Source: Diplonema japonicum (Eukaryota; Protista; Euglenozoa: Diplonemea). From it: DNA of 64,000 bases. The notes beneath the pieces were generated by a model. That model was not told the DNA's origin. It was given only the letters and a program-made list of their open reading frames with translations, and searched no databases. The translations under genes were made by a program, and so were the position numbers. The DNA lies in assembly GCA_964019335.1 (NCBI GenBank), contig OZ025689.1, positions 124,001 to 188,000 on the forward strand, read 5' to 3'. This document shows, piece by piece, positions 23,028-35,100 of the stretch; position 1 is the first letter of the stretch; every line of letters starts with the position of its first letter.

Positions 23028-24194
23028 TCACTTACGACAGTAAAACAGAAGGTAAGGGTCGGTGCACGCGGCACCGATGCTGTGGATAGGAGTGACCCTC
23101 GAGTCGTCGGCTAATGCCCATTTGTCGCCTTTTTTGATAAAGGCTGTGTAGTGTCCTCGTGTGACATCGCCTCCCTTGTGGCAGACGGCAGCGTGGAGGG
23201 AATACTCAATTTTGGTACGGGTAGTGGTCACCGAAGGGTGGATAGCGAGGTTTTCAGTGACCTGTATGGTTTTCGTGGATTTTTGTTGAAGGGTGGGAGA
23301 CCACAGCTTGAGGCAGACAATGAGAATCGGGGGCATGCTGCTGAAGACCATCTGCTTTGTACCTTCACCGCTCGCCAGCTCCACCCTTTGCGGTGAAGCC
23401 CAGTCTTGCAAAAAAGCAGCAACACTATGAAACCGATCATCCACGATATCCAAGGGCAGGACGGTGAAGGGCTGAAGCGTGACAGAAGGCTTCGCTCCCC
23501 TCGATGCCAGCCTGCTAGCCATTGTCCCTCTGAATAATTGTGTAATGGGAGATACACTACTTTCTCCAGTGGTGTGTTCTACGCCGCGTGACCTGCTTCC
23601 CTTTCCAATGGTTTCCCAGCCATCTTCTTGCCGTGCCGCCTCGGTAGGCTTGGGGAGAATCGATTGCAGTTCATCGTCAAGTGTGGTGAGTAAATGGATG
23701 AGGTATTCACTGGCGTCTGCCTGTTCCTTTGCCCTGGCTTGTTTGAAGGTTCTGGACATGGACTGAAGTAAGGTGTAAATATTAGCAGGGCTGCCAGGTG
23801 CGCCTCGGAATTCCTGAAGAACAGCCTTCAAAGCCGTTAATGTGGTTGGAAGGGAATCGCCTGTTGGGATGGTCTTTGCGAAGTTTAAAAAACCAGGGCA
23901 TGCTAGAAGGCCTTGGAACACCGCGATGTGATAGCATTCATTCCCGTGGTTCGTGCACCCTTTGAACTGGTACCCCGTGTGTTTTGTGTTGAGTTCGAAG
24001 TTGTAGTTTTCGATGGTACCGATGACAAGCTTCTTCTCTTGGTCGGGTTGGGTGGGGGGCGCTGGTTTTGGTTGTTGTTTCTTTTTGGGCTTCGGTGGGG
24101 GTTTCTTCCCTTTCTCTTCCACCACTTTTGCGGCTTTCGGCTGGGTTTTCTTCCCCTTCCCCACTGTGTTCCAGCCGTCCTCGTCGGTAGCCAT
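23028..24194 (-). CDS. Ubiquitin-specific protease, USP10/Ubp3-like
   Basis: Cys box GCTNHGNECY, QADASEY, GWETIGK, SPITQLFRG, His box HKGG...GHYTA, WALADD. Confidence 0.88.
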   Translation of the reverse strand: MATDEDGWNTVGKGKKTQPKAAKVVEEKGKKPPPKPKKKQQPKPAPPTQPDQEKKLVIGTIENYNFELNTKHTGYQFKGCTNHGNECYHIAVFQGLLACPGFLNFAKTIPTGDSLPTTLTALKAVLQEFRGAPGSPANIYTLLQSMSRTFKQARAKEQADASEYLIHLLTTLDDELQSILPKPTEAARQEDGWETIGKGSRSRGVEHTTGESSVSPITQLFRGTMASRLASRGAKPSVTLQPFTVLPLDIVDDRFHSVAAFLQDWASPQRVELASGEGTKQMVFSSMPPILIVCLKLWSPTLQQKSTKTIQVTENLAIHPSVTTTRTKIEYSLHAAVCHKGGDVTRGHYTAFIKKGDKWALADDSRVTPIHSIGAACTDPYLLFYCRK

Positions 24195-24673
24195 TTCCTC
24201 TTCTTCTTTCTTTTAGTCTTTTTCCCGTATTATGAAATTCGAAATACTTGTGTTAATGGCTAAGTACATCTGTGTATGTTTGTGAATTTAAAAAAAAAAT
24301 TTGAGTTTTGAAAAACAGGCGGGGGAACGGGGGGGGGGGGGGGGGGGAATACAAATTTGAATAGTAGATGAATGAGAATAATAATAAAAAAAAACAGCAG
24401 CTGGGGGGGGTGATTAACCTCGAAAAGGACAACGCCCAAACAAATATGCTACCTTTTTTTTTCCTGCTTTTTTTTTTGTTCCAGACACGAAACCAAATTT
24501 CCTTAGCTGGGGGGGGGGGGGGGGTCTTTCCTCTTCTTAATTTACAAGCACAAAAAATGATACCAAAATGGGGGGGGGGGGGGGGGGAAATGGGGCGGCG
24601 ATAAAAAGGGCTAAATTAATAGTAAAACAAAAGAAATTCCATTAAAAGACGAATGGAAGAAAAAAAAATATAT

Positions 24674-24720
24674 ATGAGTTAAAGGAAATCTTTGTGAGTC
24701 CCATCCACTACCTGCATGTA
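24674..24720 (-). repeat. Short dispersed repeat, family E (copies at 26544-26576 and 28962-29002)
   Basis: GTTAAAGGARRTCTTTGTGAG on + in three places. The minus-strand end CCTTTAACTCAT resembles the family C tail CCTTTATCTCAT. Confidence 0.6.
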
Positions 24721-24822
24721 TCCCCTTTATAAAGAAAAGAATCCGAGATTTTCTTCTTCTTTTCTTTTTATAATTTATTTTTCTTCCTTTTTTTTGTATG
24801 GCGTCTTGTTTTACGGTGACAA

Positions 24823-24953
24823 AAAAACAAAAACAAAAACAAAAACAAAAACAAAAACAAAAACAAAAACAAAAACAAAAACAAAAACAAAAACAAAAAC
24901 AAAAACAAAAACAAAAACAAAAACAAAAACAAAAACAAAAACAAAAACAAAAC
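24823..24953. repeat. (AAAAAC)n microsatellite, about 21 units
   Basis: Perfect hexamer array. Confidence 0.95.
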
Positions 24954-25156
24954 ACTGAAGCCCAATCTGCGAGACTACAAAAAATGCCCTCATCATTTCC
25001 GTTCTTCAAGGCTTTCAACAAGAAAAAAAAAAGGGGAAAGAGAGAGAGAAAAAAAGGAAGAAAAGGAGAGAGCTTTACCTCACCTTGCAAGGATTAGCGT
25101 CGGTTAAAATATTCTTGGTGAACTGCAGGCATGAAAGGGTTAATAAAAACAAATAT

Positions 25157-26539
25157 GGTCAAATATTTGTCACAAAGTACTGCCCGCAAATTTCATATTT
25201 CTTTAAGTGTAAAAATCAAAAGCCATGCCTGGATTTGCTCCAGAAGTGGAATAAAATTTTGAATAAGAAAATCACGGCTAGGTGCTGTCATTTTTTTTTT
25301 TACTTTCTTTAAACCCAGCGAAAATTAAGCAGGATTTACACTACTTTTCCCTTTCATCCCATGTCGAAGTTGTGCAAACTGTGTTCATACACCACGAGAA
25401 CCGGTACCTTGTTGTCCAGCTTCCCTCAGGCCATGCAGTCGAAGCTGTTGGGGTCACACACTGTGAAGTCGTAAAGCCCTTCAAGGGTAGTGACTTCAGA
25501 GCAGTCGGTGCAGCCGATACGGTGCATAGCGGCGTTGTGGGCTTCTAAGAAGGGTTTGGGTGTGGGTCTTGCATCAGCACCTCGGTGTCTATGGGCACTG
25601 CCTGATTTGTCTCGGGCGTTTCTTCAGGAAGGTGGAGTAGCCAACTACATCAGCACCCGAGCCCAGGTACTGTACGTGGAACTCATGAAAAGGGCCTTGG
25701 ACGTAACACAGCCTAATGCGTTGATCACTCCCGGGAGAAACACGAATTGTTCTGCGACTTTGATGCAGAATCGATTCATTTTGCCACCAAGTCACAATAG
25801 TGCAGGCTATGCCTGCTGACGATGCATCAGAACGCGTTTTCCTTGCAGGGGACTCTCGTGCGTGTCACTGTTGTCCAAGGAAAAGAACTTGACGATGTCC
25901 TTCGGGTCGACATCCTTGTCCAGGAAGGGCTGTTCTGAGGCGGCTGAAACCACCGTTTCTCCCACCGAATTCCTCCGGCTCTTTGCAGTAGATGCCGAAA
26001 AGCCGCTGCAAGAGTCCCAACAGCACCCCACAAGTACCTCATGGTGTTTGCTGGGCCAAAAGAGCGCTCTGAAGTGCACTTAGAAGTGTCGCTGTGTAGA
26101 AAATCTGATTTTATTGCCTGAATCAGGAGGGCCAAAAACAGGCCAAAAAACGCACACAAATTGGCTCACTAGTGCCCACCGAAGATCGAACAGAGACAAA
26201 AGCACCTTCCAGTGGGACCCCTCTTTGGCTGCAGATTGTCAACAAAATTTTGAATAAGGGATCTATGGTTAAATGCTGCGCGTTTCTGGGTGAACAAATC
26301 GGGATTTGCTGCATTTTCCCTTTTTCGTGACAGCCGAATTTCGGTCCACTTTTATGGTTCAGCCCCCCACATTGTATTTTTTCTCAAAAGCAAGCCCTTA
26401 ACGGAGTTTTCGGGACTATTTACGCATTTCTTTCATACTTCCTGTGGTTGCATGCTGCCCCTTTTTTGTGAAAATTTAAAAAAGCGTTTTTTTTCGCATT
26501 TTTCGAAAAAAAGCATTGACAAATAGCGGAGAGGTGACC
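25157..26539 (-). mobile_element. Decayed DNA transposon, Sola/Chapaev-like
   Basis: Imperfect TIRs GGTCA...TATTTGTCA and ATAT on both flanks. Stop-ridden remnants DIVKFFSLDNS, GYSTFLKKRPRQI...C.CKTH and VCDPNSFDCM. Confidence 0.55.
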
Positions 26540-27577
26540 ATATATGAGTTAAAGGAAGTCTTTGTGAGACCTCCCGTATTCTCATTCAAACAAAAAAAAA
26601 ACCCCCTGTTTGCCTGCAGACACCGGATCGCAATAAAGTGTTTCAGGAGCGAGAGACGGAAGAGAAAAAAAAAAAGAGAAAAAAAAGAGGAAATAGCAGG
26701 TATTGATTACATACTGCGTAATAAGCACGAATAAGAGGAGGAAGGTTTTCTTTTTAGAGACAAAAAAATAGTAAATTAAGAGGTGTGTGTATAACGTCAT
26801 GTTTGCCCAACATTTCAAAAAACAGGTTTCCCTTTCTTCCTTTCCGAAAAGCTTTTTTTTCCTCCTTAACCTTGCTATGCATACAACGAAAACCTAAAAA
26901 AAAAAGAAGAAGAAAAAAAAGAAATTACGCACCGTATTTTTAATTAGCTTTTCTTTTTTTTTTTGATACCGTTATTTGTACTTTATATGGAACGGAAAAA
27001 GTTCCAAAATCGCATTCTCTTTCTTTTTTTTTCGCTTGCTTGTTTCACATTTATTCCGTTTTATTAACTGCGTACTACTCTCGATAAATAAAAAAGACCT
27101 TTAGCAAAATCTGAAATTTCTTCCTGACCTAAATGTATTTAACAACTCAGCTCAGTAAAATAGATTAGAAAAAAAAAAAAAAAAAGATCGTTTTTTTTCT
27201 TAGGAAAAAATCCGGCAGCCTCTGAGTGACCTAAACTTCGGGAAGAAAAAAAAAATGAAGAACCAGTTTTTTTCCCCCTCTTTTTCTATAATGCGCCCCA
27301 TGTGAATCTTAGAAAGAAAATAAAGTTTCGACTGAAGTTGCATTGAAATATTGCAAATGGCAGAGGAGAGAGAGAGAGAGGGAGAGAGAGAGAAAGTAAG
27401 GTCCTTTATTCGCACCTTTGTGGCTTTTTCTTCTTCTTTTCTTTTTTTTTTTCTCCCTTCTAAAAGCCATTAAAAGGACACTGTCCTTAGAATTTTATTT
27501 CATAAGACATTTTGTTTTTGTCAATTTCTGTTGTTATGCCGCTCCTCTAAAAGCCTAGGGGGGAGAAAAAAAAATAA

Positions 27578-27900
27578 AAACTCAAAGTACAGGACAAGCC
27601 CCCCGCTAGAGGGCCGCCCTATGGGAGGGGGGGGTCTATCTGTTAATACTCCCCTTCTGGAGCATTGCTTTCATCCCGATTGTGGCTGCGAGCGTCTTGC
27701 GGAGTCGTGTGATGCGATCCCGCTTGTAGGCGGCCTTCAAATCCATCAGCTTGTCGTGCGTGGACTGGGTAGCAAAAATGGGCCTCCTGGAGAAGCCTAT
27801 AGCTGCCTTTCCTCCTATGGCGATGAGGGATTTCACCCTTTTCTGCTCATCCGCTGGGAAGGGGCGTCGCTTCTTCCGTGCCCTGCACGCTGCGTTTATC
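27578..27900 (-). mobile_element. ~320-nt 3'-end copy of family A LINE
   Basis: Near-identical to 4915-5234. Confidence 0.92.
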
Positions 27901-29779
27901 TTAAAAATCTTAAAAATAAAAAAAATCCTGGACGGTATTAAAGCCCTAAAGAATTGCTGCAAGAATTTAAAAAGAAAACAAAGGCAAGTATAGAAACCCC
28001 CATTTGAAATTCCACGATGGGGAGAATAAAACGATAACGGTAAGTGAAAGTGATTACCATCATAGCCAAGAGAAAGAGAGAGAGAGAGGAGCTGACCACC
28101 GCAAAAACTCGGTTTTTAGTTTTTGCGGTGCGCTTCCTTTTGGTGGCGTGGATTGGGGATCCTACACTTGCCAGTCACCATAAAAGAGACGGAAAAGAGA
28201 AATAAATACAAAACAAAAGTTTAGCTACGCACTACGCAAGGCTGAGACTGCCGACGAGCAAGGAGCAGGTGGTCCAAATATGTCCACCATGTCCAATATG
28301 CGCAAGTCAAAAAGAAACCTGATTTAAAAAAATATAGGGGGGGGACCACTATGAACCTCATGGGTGGTAGATATTGTTATTCTTGAAAAACACGGTTTCT
28401 TTTTTTTTTTATTCTTTCCTTCTTCTCTTTCTTTCTTCAATTCATCCGTTTCCCTCTTTACGTGGAAATAATGTTCACCCCACCGAAAACTCACCCCTTA
28501 TACCCCTCTTCCTTTTGGTAATAGAGGTTAAAAGAGTAGGGACGGGGAGACGACAGTTCACACGTTTTGCTAGAGAAGAAAAAGAATTCAAATTAACATG
28601 CAAGCTCCTGAGACGAAAGCCGCATGCAAAAAAAAAAGGGGGGAGTAAGGGTGAATAGGGAGAGGGTAGGTGCGATCTCACTTTCGATGATTGTCTTTCA
28701 TCCTTCTTTTTTTTTTTTTTTTTTTTTCCTTCATAAAAAAAAACCGTGCACTCCTTTGTGCAGGGGATACTGAAAACCACTAATTGTTTAAACAATGATT
28801 CGCAACGTTTTGAATTGAACACAAGGCTTTTCCAAGGAAAAAAGTACCAACTACCAGGCACCTCGCGAGTGTAAAGGTCCTGGAATCATCCCCATGCACA
28901 CCCTTATCAAGTCCAAGATGGACTACCATGTTAAAGACACATGGGACGTTAAAAAAGGAAAAGTTAAAGGAGGTCTTTGTGAGACACCTACTACCTACAT
29001 GTCCAACTTTTTTGGACAAAAAAAAATAAATAAAATAAAAAGAGAGGGAGGAATAAAGCTTCCTGACAGTGCCATCGGCTCTATGTCTCTAAAATGTTCG
29101 TGGTGTTAACAAAAAAGGAAAAAGTTCGCAACAAAACCCCTTATTGTGGGTGGCCATGCGGTAGGTGACACTGCAGCCCCCTTGTTGAAAGCCTCCGAAA
29201 TCCTGGGCTCTCCACCCCTGAGTCGAGAGGTTCCGTTTCGCTTGTGTCTCCCCCCAAAAAGGGGTTCACCTAAGAAATTCCACAATGATCCTTTCACCAG
29301 CCAGGGAACTTTTTTGTACGAATTCGGGGGGGGGGGGGGGGGGGTCTTTGAACATTAGAGATTAGAAATATGAAAAAAAAAATATGAAGCGTTGGGTATT
29401 TTTGTTTTTTTGGGGCCAGACCCATCAGCCACACAGTGTTGTGTATTGGTAAAAAAAAAAAAAAAAGGATTTTCTTTTTTTTTTTTTTTTTTTTTCTCTT
29501 TTCGCACGGGTAAAAAAATAAAAAAAAATAAAAAAAAATAATTCTTGAGGATATAAAAAAATTCGATCTTTTAACGTCAAGGTGACAAGTCGAACAACGC
29601 TCCAAGTGTACAACGGGTGGGGGTGTTTGTAGTCAAACTACACATTGGAGAGACAGTTCTAACCTGTGCGGCACCACCTCTCAGACTGGGCATCTTTTTC
29701 CCATTTAAAAACAGAAGCACCTCAGAAAAAGGACAAACAATAGGGGAGGGAGAGGGGGAGGTGTTAAGTTACAGGTTTT

Positions 29780-30487
29780 CTAAAGCTGGACCTGCGAGTC
29801 GTGAGATAGAGTAAGAGACGAATTCAGGTCTTCTTCCTCAGCCTTGCTGCACTCCTCCTCGGCTTCAACAGGGTGCAACGTCGTTGTTGATGAGAGGAAG
29901 GCGTCCATCTGGAGGAGCCTTCGGGTGTGTTTTGAGTGCAGTTCGCACGAAGATCGGCTTTGCTCCAACAACAGCAACGACTGCACAGGCTTCTTCGCAT
30001 AGACTAGAGAATAGTCAAGAGGAGTCAGCCCATGATCATCAGTGAGGTTAGGAGCAGCGCCGTTGGACAGGAGAAGCTCTGTAAGGGACGCATGACCATA
30101 CTGAGAGGCAAGGTGTAGGGGGGTTTTACCCTCCCTTCCTGGGCTGTCTAGTGGACTGCTGAGCACTGACCGTAACTCTTCAATGTCGCCGGAGAGAACA
30201 GCCTTGTGTGCAGAAGTCCATCCGTCAGTGTCTACATCAACTGCGATCTCAGGTGGTCGTCCGTCTCCGTTAGTGACCACCTTCCCCCCTAAGCGTTGCT
30301 GTTGTGTTTTTTTCCTTGCATAGCACTCCGCCATTATCGTTATTGTCACTCCAGTCAGCACCACCCCACCCGCTATGACCCACTTAATCTCGCACCAACA
30401 CCGTGTTGCTTGTATCCCCACAATGGCCACCAGCATGCAAAGCCCAATGGTTATAACCACCAGTCTTGCTTTGCTGGCGTTAATCAT
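29780..30487 (-). CDS. Ankyrin-repeat protein with two N-terminal transmembrane segments
   Basis: GWTSAHKA, GKTPLHLA, GLTPLDY. Confidence 0.85.
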   Translation of the reverse strand: MINASKARLVVITIGLCMLVAIVGIQATRCWCEIKWVIAGGVVLTGVTITIMAECYARKKTQQQRLGGKVVTNGDGRPPEIAVDVDTDGWTSAHKAVLSGDIEELRSVLSSPLDSPGREGKTPLHLASQYGHASLTELLLSNGAAPNLTDDHGLTPLDYSLVYAKKPVQSLLLLEQSRSSCELHSKHTRRLLQMDAFLSSTTTLHPVEAEEECSKAEEEDLNSSLTLSHDSQVQL

Positions 30488-30528
30488 AATGTGGTTCTCC
30501 TTTTTTTTTTTTTTTTTTTTTTTTTAAA

Positions 30529-31584
30529 CCCATAAAGGACCGGAGCTGAATATTCAGCTAAAAAAACCTTTTTTTTAATTCTGCTAATGCATTTTTAGTG
30601 CTCTGCATGCCCACTCTTTAAAGAGGGGCCTTATTGCGCGACTTTTTTATGCTGAACGCTATATCGCCCGTAAATTTTTGCATCCAAACTGCAAGGGGAG
30701 AAAAAAAATAGTGGCACAGACATTGTTTTTTTTACACCCCATAAGGGAGTAGTGCTGAAAGTACTTCTGAAGAAGGTCAGTGTCACCGGATGATGGGGAT
30801 ATCCCGGATATGGAATGGGATGACAAAATCGAGAAGGTGGGGAGGAAAATATTTCGAGGTCCAAGTGTACCAGTAGTGGGTCTCAACGGGCTGGAGGTTT
30901 TTCCTTTGTTTTTGATAGGGCGGCCCTCCAACATCATCGCAAAAGGTGGCACCCACGCCGAAGACACCTACTCCTCAGGGTGCACCTTCACGTACCAGGG
31001 GTGCACCTTCACGCACCAGGGGTGCACCTTCAATATGTCCTGAAAAGATGCAAAAGGCACGGAATTGCACTGTGTGCAACAAACCAGAGAAAAAACGCAC
31101 CCAGACCATGTTCTCGTGCAGAGATTGCAACGTAGCAATGTGCCCTGTGCCCTGTTTCGAAAATTTTCACATTAACGACACCTTATAAAAAACCACCTGA
31201 AAACCACTTGAAAATAAAAATACGTTTAAATTGGATAAGTCGCATATCTGCGGCACCTCGGACCTTGTGTTCAAAGAACGGCCATAAGTGGTGAAAAAAA
31301 AATAACCAGCCCACCCTGCACGCTGAATAAGCGCTGCTTGCCGAAACCATGGAACCTCCGGATAGCATGTGCCCTTTGCAAGAGTTGTTTCTCTCAAATG
31401 CTGCTCTACCACCAAAGTTTGGGCGCGTCGGGGCTGAAATGCAGGCCGCTTCGCGCTCCAGAAATGGCGTAGTGAAAATAATATAGGTACACACCCTCTA
31501 ACTCCACCCTCGCCATTTTATTTTGGTATTTGAACGAAAAGTTCAAAATCGACTTTTTAGACGAAAATAGCGGTCCTTTATGGG
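30529..31584 (+). mobile_element. Internally deleted piggyBac element
   Basis: TIR CCCATAAAGGACCG/CGGTCCTTTATGGG with flanks TAAA and TTAA. Retains the transposase Cys-rich tail CTVC...CRDC..MC..PCFENFH. Has a 21-nt tandem repeat at ~30975-31032. Confidence 0.88.
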
Positions 31585-31936
31585 TTAAACAAAAGTTCTG
31601 ATGGGAAAAAAAAAAGAGAGAAAAGAAAAAAAACTCGATAAAATTTCAGTCTGCATGGGGGTGCTCACTGAAAAAAAAAGAAAAAAATGAAAAAGGGAAA
31701 ATGGTTTCTCTTCCCCCCCCCTTCTCTCAATTTTGTTTTATTTTTTTTGCCCCCATGGTGAGGGGCAAAAAAAAAAAAAAAAAAAAAAAGGAACAAAAAA
31801 AAAGGAGGGGACGCGCGCGAATCTAACATAAATATTTAAAAAAAACAAAAAAGAGAAAAAGAAAAACCTATTAAAAACCCATTCTAGTTTGTTTAATCAC
31901 TCCCTCATTCTTCTTTCCCCCCCCCCCCCCCCCTTT

Positions 31937-33816
31937 TTATATCTTCGATTTACGCGCTGCTGCCTCGCGCAGAGTACGCATGATGTCGGCTGCCGCAGTG
32001 TAGATGGCAGCCTCGAACCGAACAATGTCGAAGTTAGGGTGAGCCTGTTTTTTTTCTTTCTTCTTCCAAAAAGAAATACCTTGTGCGAACACAAATTGAA
32101 GACGATAAGGTCGTTCAGGATCCTGTAGGAACACCCATAGCACGTGGGGGTCGGGGCGTTGAACCCAAACCCTTCAACACCACCACCTGCAAGCTGCGAG
32201 GTGGACAACACAATGTTGCTGAGGTACTTATACGCACTGTGCTCGAAGAGGGCGGGAGTAGGCATGCCAAGGTCGGCCGCGCTCATCTTGAGGCACAACA
32301 GGTGCCTGTCAAAGCTTTCCGCGTTCATGCACTTCACCATCCGCGTCTTGTGGACATCTGCCGCCTTTCTAAACAGCGCGTCTCGCTTCACAGCACTGCT
32401 GGACCGGTCATCCATCGCTTCGACAAACTTCACAGACTCCACACTCGTCGTTCGCAAGGTCTCAGTCCTTCCATGCAGGTATTTCCTTAGAGACGCTGTT
32501 TCGTACGTTGAGGGGGTGTACCCCTGGTCCCTCTTGAAGGCAAGCTGCAAGATCAGCTGCACCATGCTGTCAGGACCGCATTTCATTTCCTTGATATGCT
32601 TTGCGCCGAACCCGCCGTAGATGCACACGCGCAGCATAGTCTGCCCCGCCATCACTTCCAAGTGGTCATATGCCTTCCTGAAGCAACCTAGTAGGTGGCT
32701 GTCTGTGGCAACGTCCATTCTGTTCCAGTAGCACGGTTTGTTCCCGATGTGCCTGTTAAGGTCGATGGGGTCGCCGTGTACCTTTTGTATCCACTTGCAC
32801 CCCACGGTGACACCTGCTGCTGCGTTTGTGTATTCGCACGCGTGGGCGATCATCCTTGTGGACACCCTGGCGTCGGCAGGTGTGTGCTCCACGTTGAGAC
32901 CGATCTTCCCGTTCTCGTACACAAGCACGGTGAAGATCTTGTCGAACCATATCCCGTTGCAGTGGGAGTGCGCTGTGCTAAGCCACACCGCAGTATGGTC
33001 TTCAGGGCGATGGGGTGCCAGCGACACGTGGAAGAGAGCGCCTTCCATGTCGGTGATGAAGTCTTTGTTCCCATGCTGCAGCATGTACTGCCTGCCGTCG
33101 GCCCATGTGTCTCGGTCTTGAGATGTCATTGCTGACACGCCACCGATGCCGCCTGCAGGAGGGGGCCTGCTTGCAGCATCATGTTCTATACTCCGCAGGG
33201 CAGCTTCGATGTCTTGAGGTTGTACACCAACTACCAGCACCTTGTACCAGTGACCCTTCCTTTCCACGGCAATGTAGTCGGAGTTGGACGCAGTGAGCTC
33301 GTCGCAACCCCGTTTGGGGACTCTTGTCGTGCCGAACAGTTTGCGGTACTGACTGCTGCACACGGGCTTTCCGAATGCCTTTTCGACAGGCAAGATCCCG
33401 GTGTCGATTTGGCGCTTGAAGTCCAGCAAACCTATTATGAACCAAGCGGTTCTCTTCAGTCTGTGTTCCGTTCCCTTGTCATCGAAGGCGTCCAACATCA
33501 CATTCAGCCAAATCGCAATAGGATCCCTCCCCTTCAGGTACGCCCCTTCCTCCCAGAACCTCTCCAGCCACGTCGTGTTCGGGTAATCACTCCCGTCGCT
33601 GTTTGACTTGTCGCACTCATTTTTTCTCTTCTGCAGATGTTCCTGCAGCACTTTCCCCTCGTTTCTGATGAACTCTTCGCCAAGCTTTCTCGCTTCTTCG
33701 ACCTCCTTTGGAGAAACCAACGCCTTCAGCACCTCAATATACCCATCTAGCGACTGCTGCAGGCTTGGGAGCGGAAGCCTCTCCAGATCCTGCTGCATCT
33801 CCCACATGTTAGGCAT
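31937..33816 (-). CDS. Carnitine O-acyltransferase, probably peroxisomal; intron 32045-32079
   Basis: LPLPSL, WFDK, catalytic EHTPADA, TYETA...GRTET and LSTS motifs. The spliced C-terminus ends in SKI (PTS1-like). Confidence 0.9.
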
Positions 33817-33884
33817 TTCTTTTTCTTTCCCCCTCCTTTACTTTTTAATGGGTAATTATCATTGCATTGAGATGCAAACTAAGG

Positions 33885-35024
33885 TCACTTTTTCCTCTTA
33901 GGACTCGATTTGGTTTTCTTTTTAGACTTAGCTTGTTTAACTTTGGGTTTTGATTCCTTTTCGGATTTTGCTTGTGCCTCAGCACATAGCTTCTTCTCCC
34001 TGTCCTGGATGTCCTTGGTCTGGACGGAGGCATGGGCGGAGTCGGTGTCCCAGACGCGGACGGAGCCGTCATATGACCCAGTGTAGAGCTGGTTGGTCTT
34101 TGTGAGGACCATGCTGGACACAGCGGAGTTATGTCCCATGAAGATGTACTCTAAGGAGTTTGTTGATGTGTTCCACTGCATGACGGTCATGTCTTCGGAG
34201 GCCGTGTAAAGAGTAGGAGTGGCCGGTGTGGGAGAGGGTGGCACGGCCGGGTCTGCTGTGGGGCTACAGGGATAAGTAGACTTGGGCGGCATGACAGTCG
34301 GGTCAGAGAGCGCCATCCCGACAACAGCTTCCTTGTGTCCCCTGAGCTGACCAATGCATACTGCTGTTCTAACATCGAAGAGAAGGACGTGGGTGCACGA
34401 ACCCCCTACGTACAGCACGGAGGTGTCGTGGTCCAGCACACAGCAGTGGAGCGGGCCGCAACCCTCGTATGCAGCGAGGAGCTTGCCAGTGTTGACGTCA
34501 ATGTGCTTCGCCAACCCATCGGTAGAGACTGTAAAGACTTGCGATGGGGACATGACTTCCAAGGCTGTGATGCTCCCTACATGTGCTTTGAGCTGCTTCT
34601 TCGGTTCATGTATCATGCCCGCCGCATCCCACAATGTCAGAAGCCCCTCGTTCCCCCCCGCGTACAAGACATCGTTTTTCTCTGCCAGGCACACCACACC
34701 CTGTCCCACGTCCCGCGACACTATCTCTTCCTTGCTCTTCAGGTCCCACGTCTTTACCGCACCGTCTAATGAGCAACTATGCAGTGAATTTCCCTCTGCC
34801 ACCAACCCCTTGACGACACTTCGATGTGACGCCAGCTCGCACGCCGTCACAGGGTCATCGAGGAAAAACCCCCGTATCATCCCGTTGTGCATCCCGTGCA
34901 GGAACATGTTCTCCGTCACTTCCAGTGAAAATACGGCCTCAAGCTCTGGCCCGGAGTATGCCATGAGGCAGTCGCTCTCCGGGTCGGCAGGGATTTCATA
35001 CCCAGCAGCGGCATTGCTGAACAT
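33885..35024 (-). CDS. WD40-repeat protein
   Basis: Repeated GH...S.D...WD units. Confidence 0.85.
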   Translation of the reverse strand: MFSNAAAGYEIPADPESDCLMAYSGPELEAVFSLEVTENMFLHGMHNGMIRGFFLDDPVTACELASHRSVVKGLVAEGNSLHSCSLDGAVKTWDLKSKEEIVSRDVGQGVVCLAEKNDVLYAGGNEGLLTLWDAAGMIHEPKKQLKAHVGSITALEVMSPSQVFTVSTDGLAKHIDVNTGKLLAAYEGCGPLHCCVLDHDTSVLYVGGSCTHVLLFDVRTAVCIGQLRGHKEAVVGMALSDPTVMPPKSTYPCSPTADPAVPPSPTPATPTLYTASEDMTVMQWNTSTNSLEYIFMGHNSAVSSMVLTKTNQLYTGSYDGSVRVWDTDSAHASVQTKDIQDREKKLCAEAQAKSEKESKPKVKQAKSKKKTKSSPKRKK

Positions 35025-35100
35025 GTTCGTGTAACCTAGGTGCCGTAAACCGGGTTGTCATCATCAAACATAATATTTCTCTATACTTTGGTACAACGAT

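Noticed and set aside
24823-24953. Telomere-like or CRISPR-like array
   Set aside because: Simple internal AAAAAC microsatellite with no spacers.
25115-25143. piggyBac-like end (GAAAGGG-TTAA)
   Set aside because: No partner TIR found, so at most a solo remnant.
28845-28902. U1 snRNA-like motifs (ACTACCAGGCA, ATGCAC)
   Set aside because: The 5' ACUUACCU does not match, and there is no U1-70K loop or Sm site.
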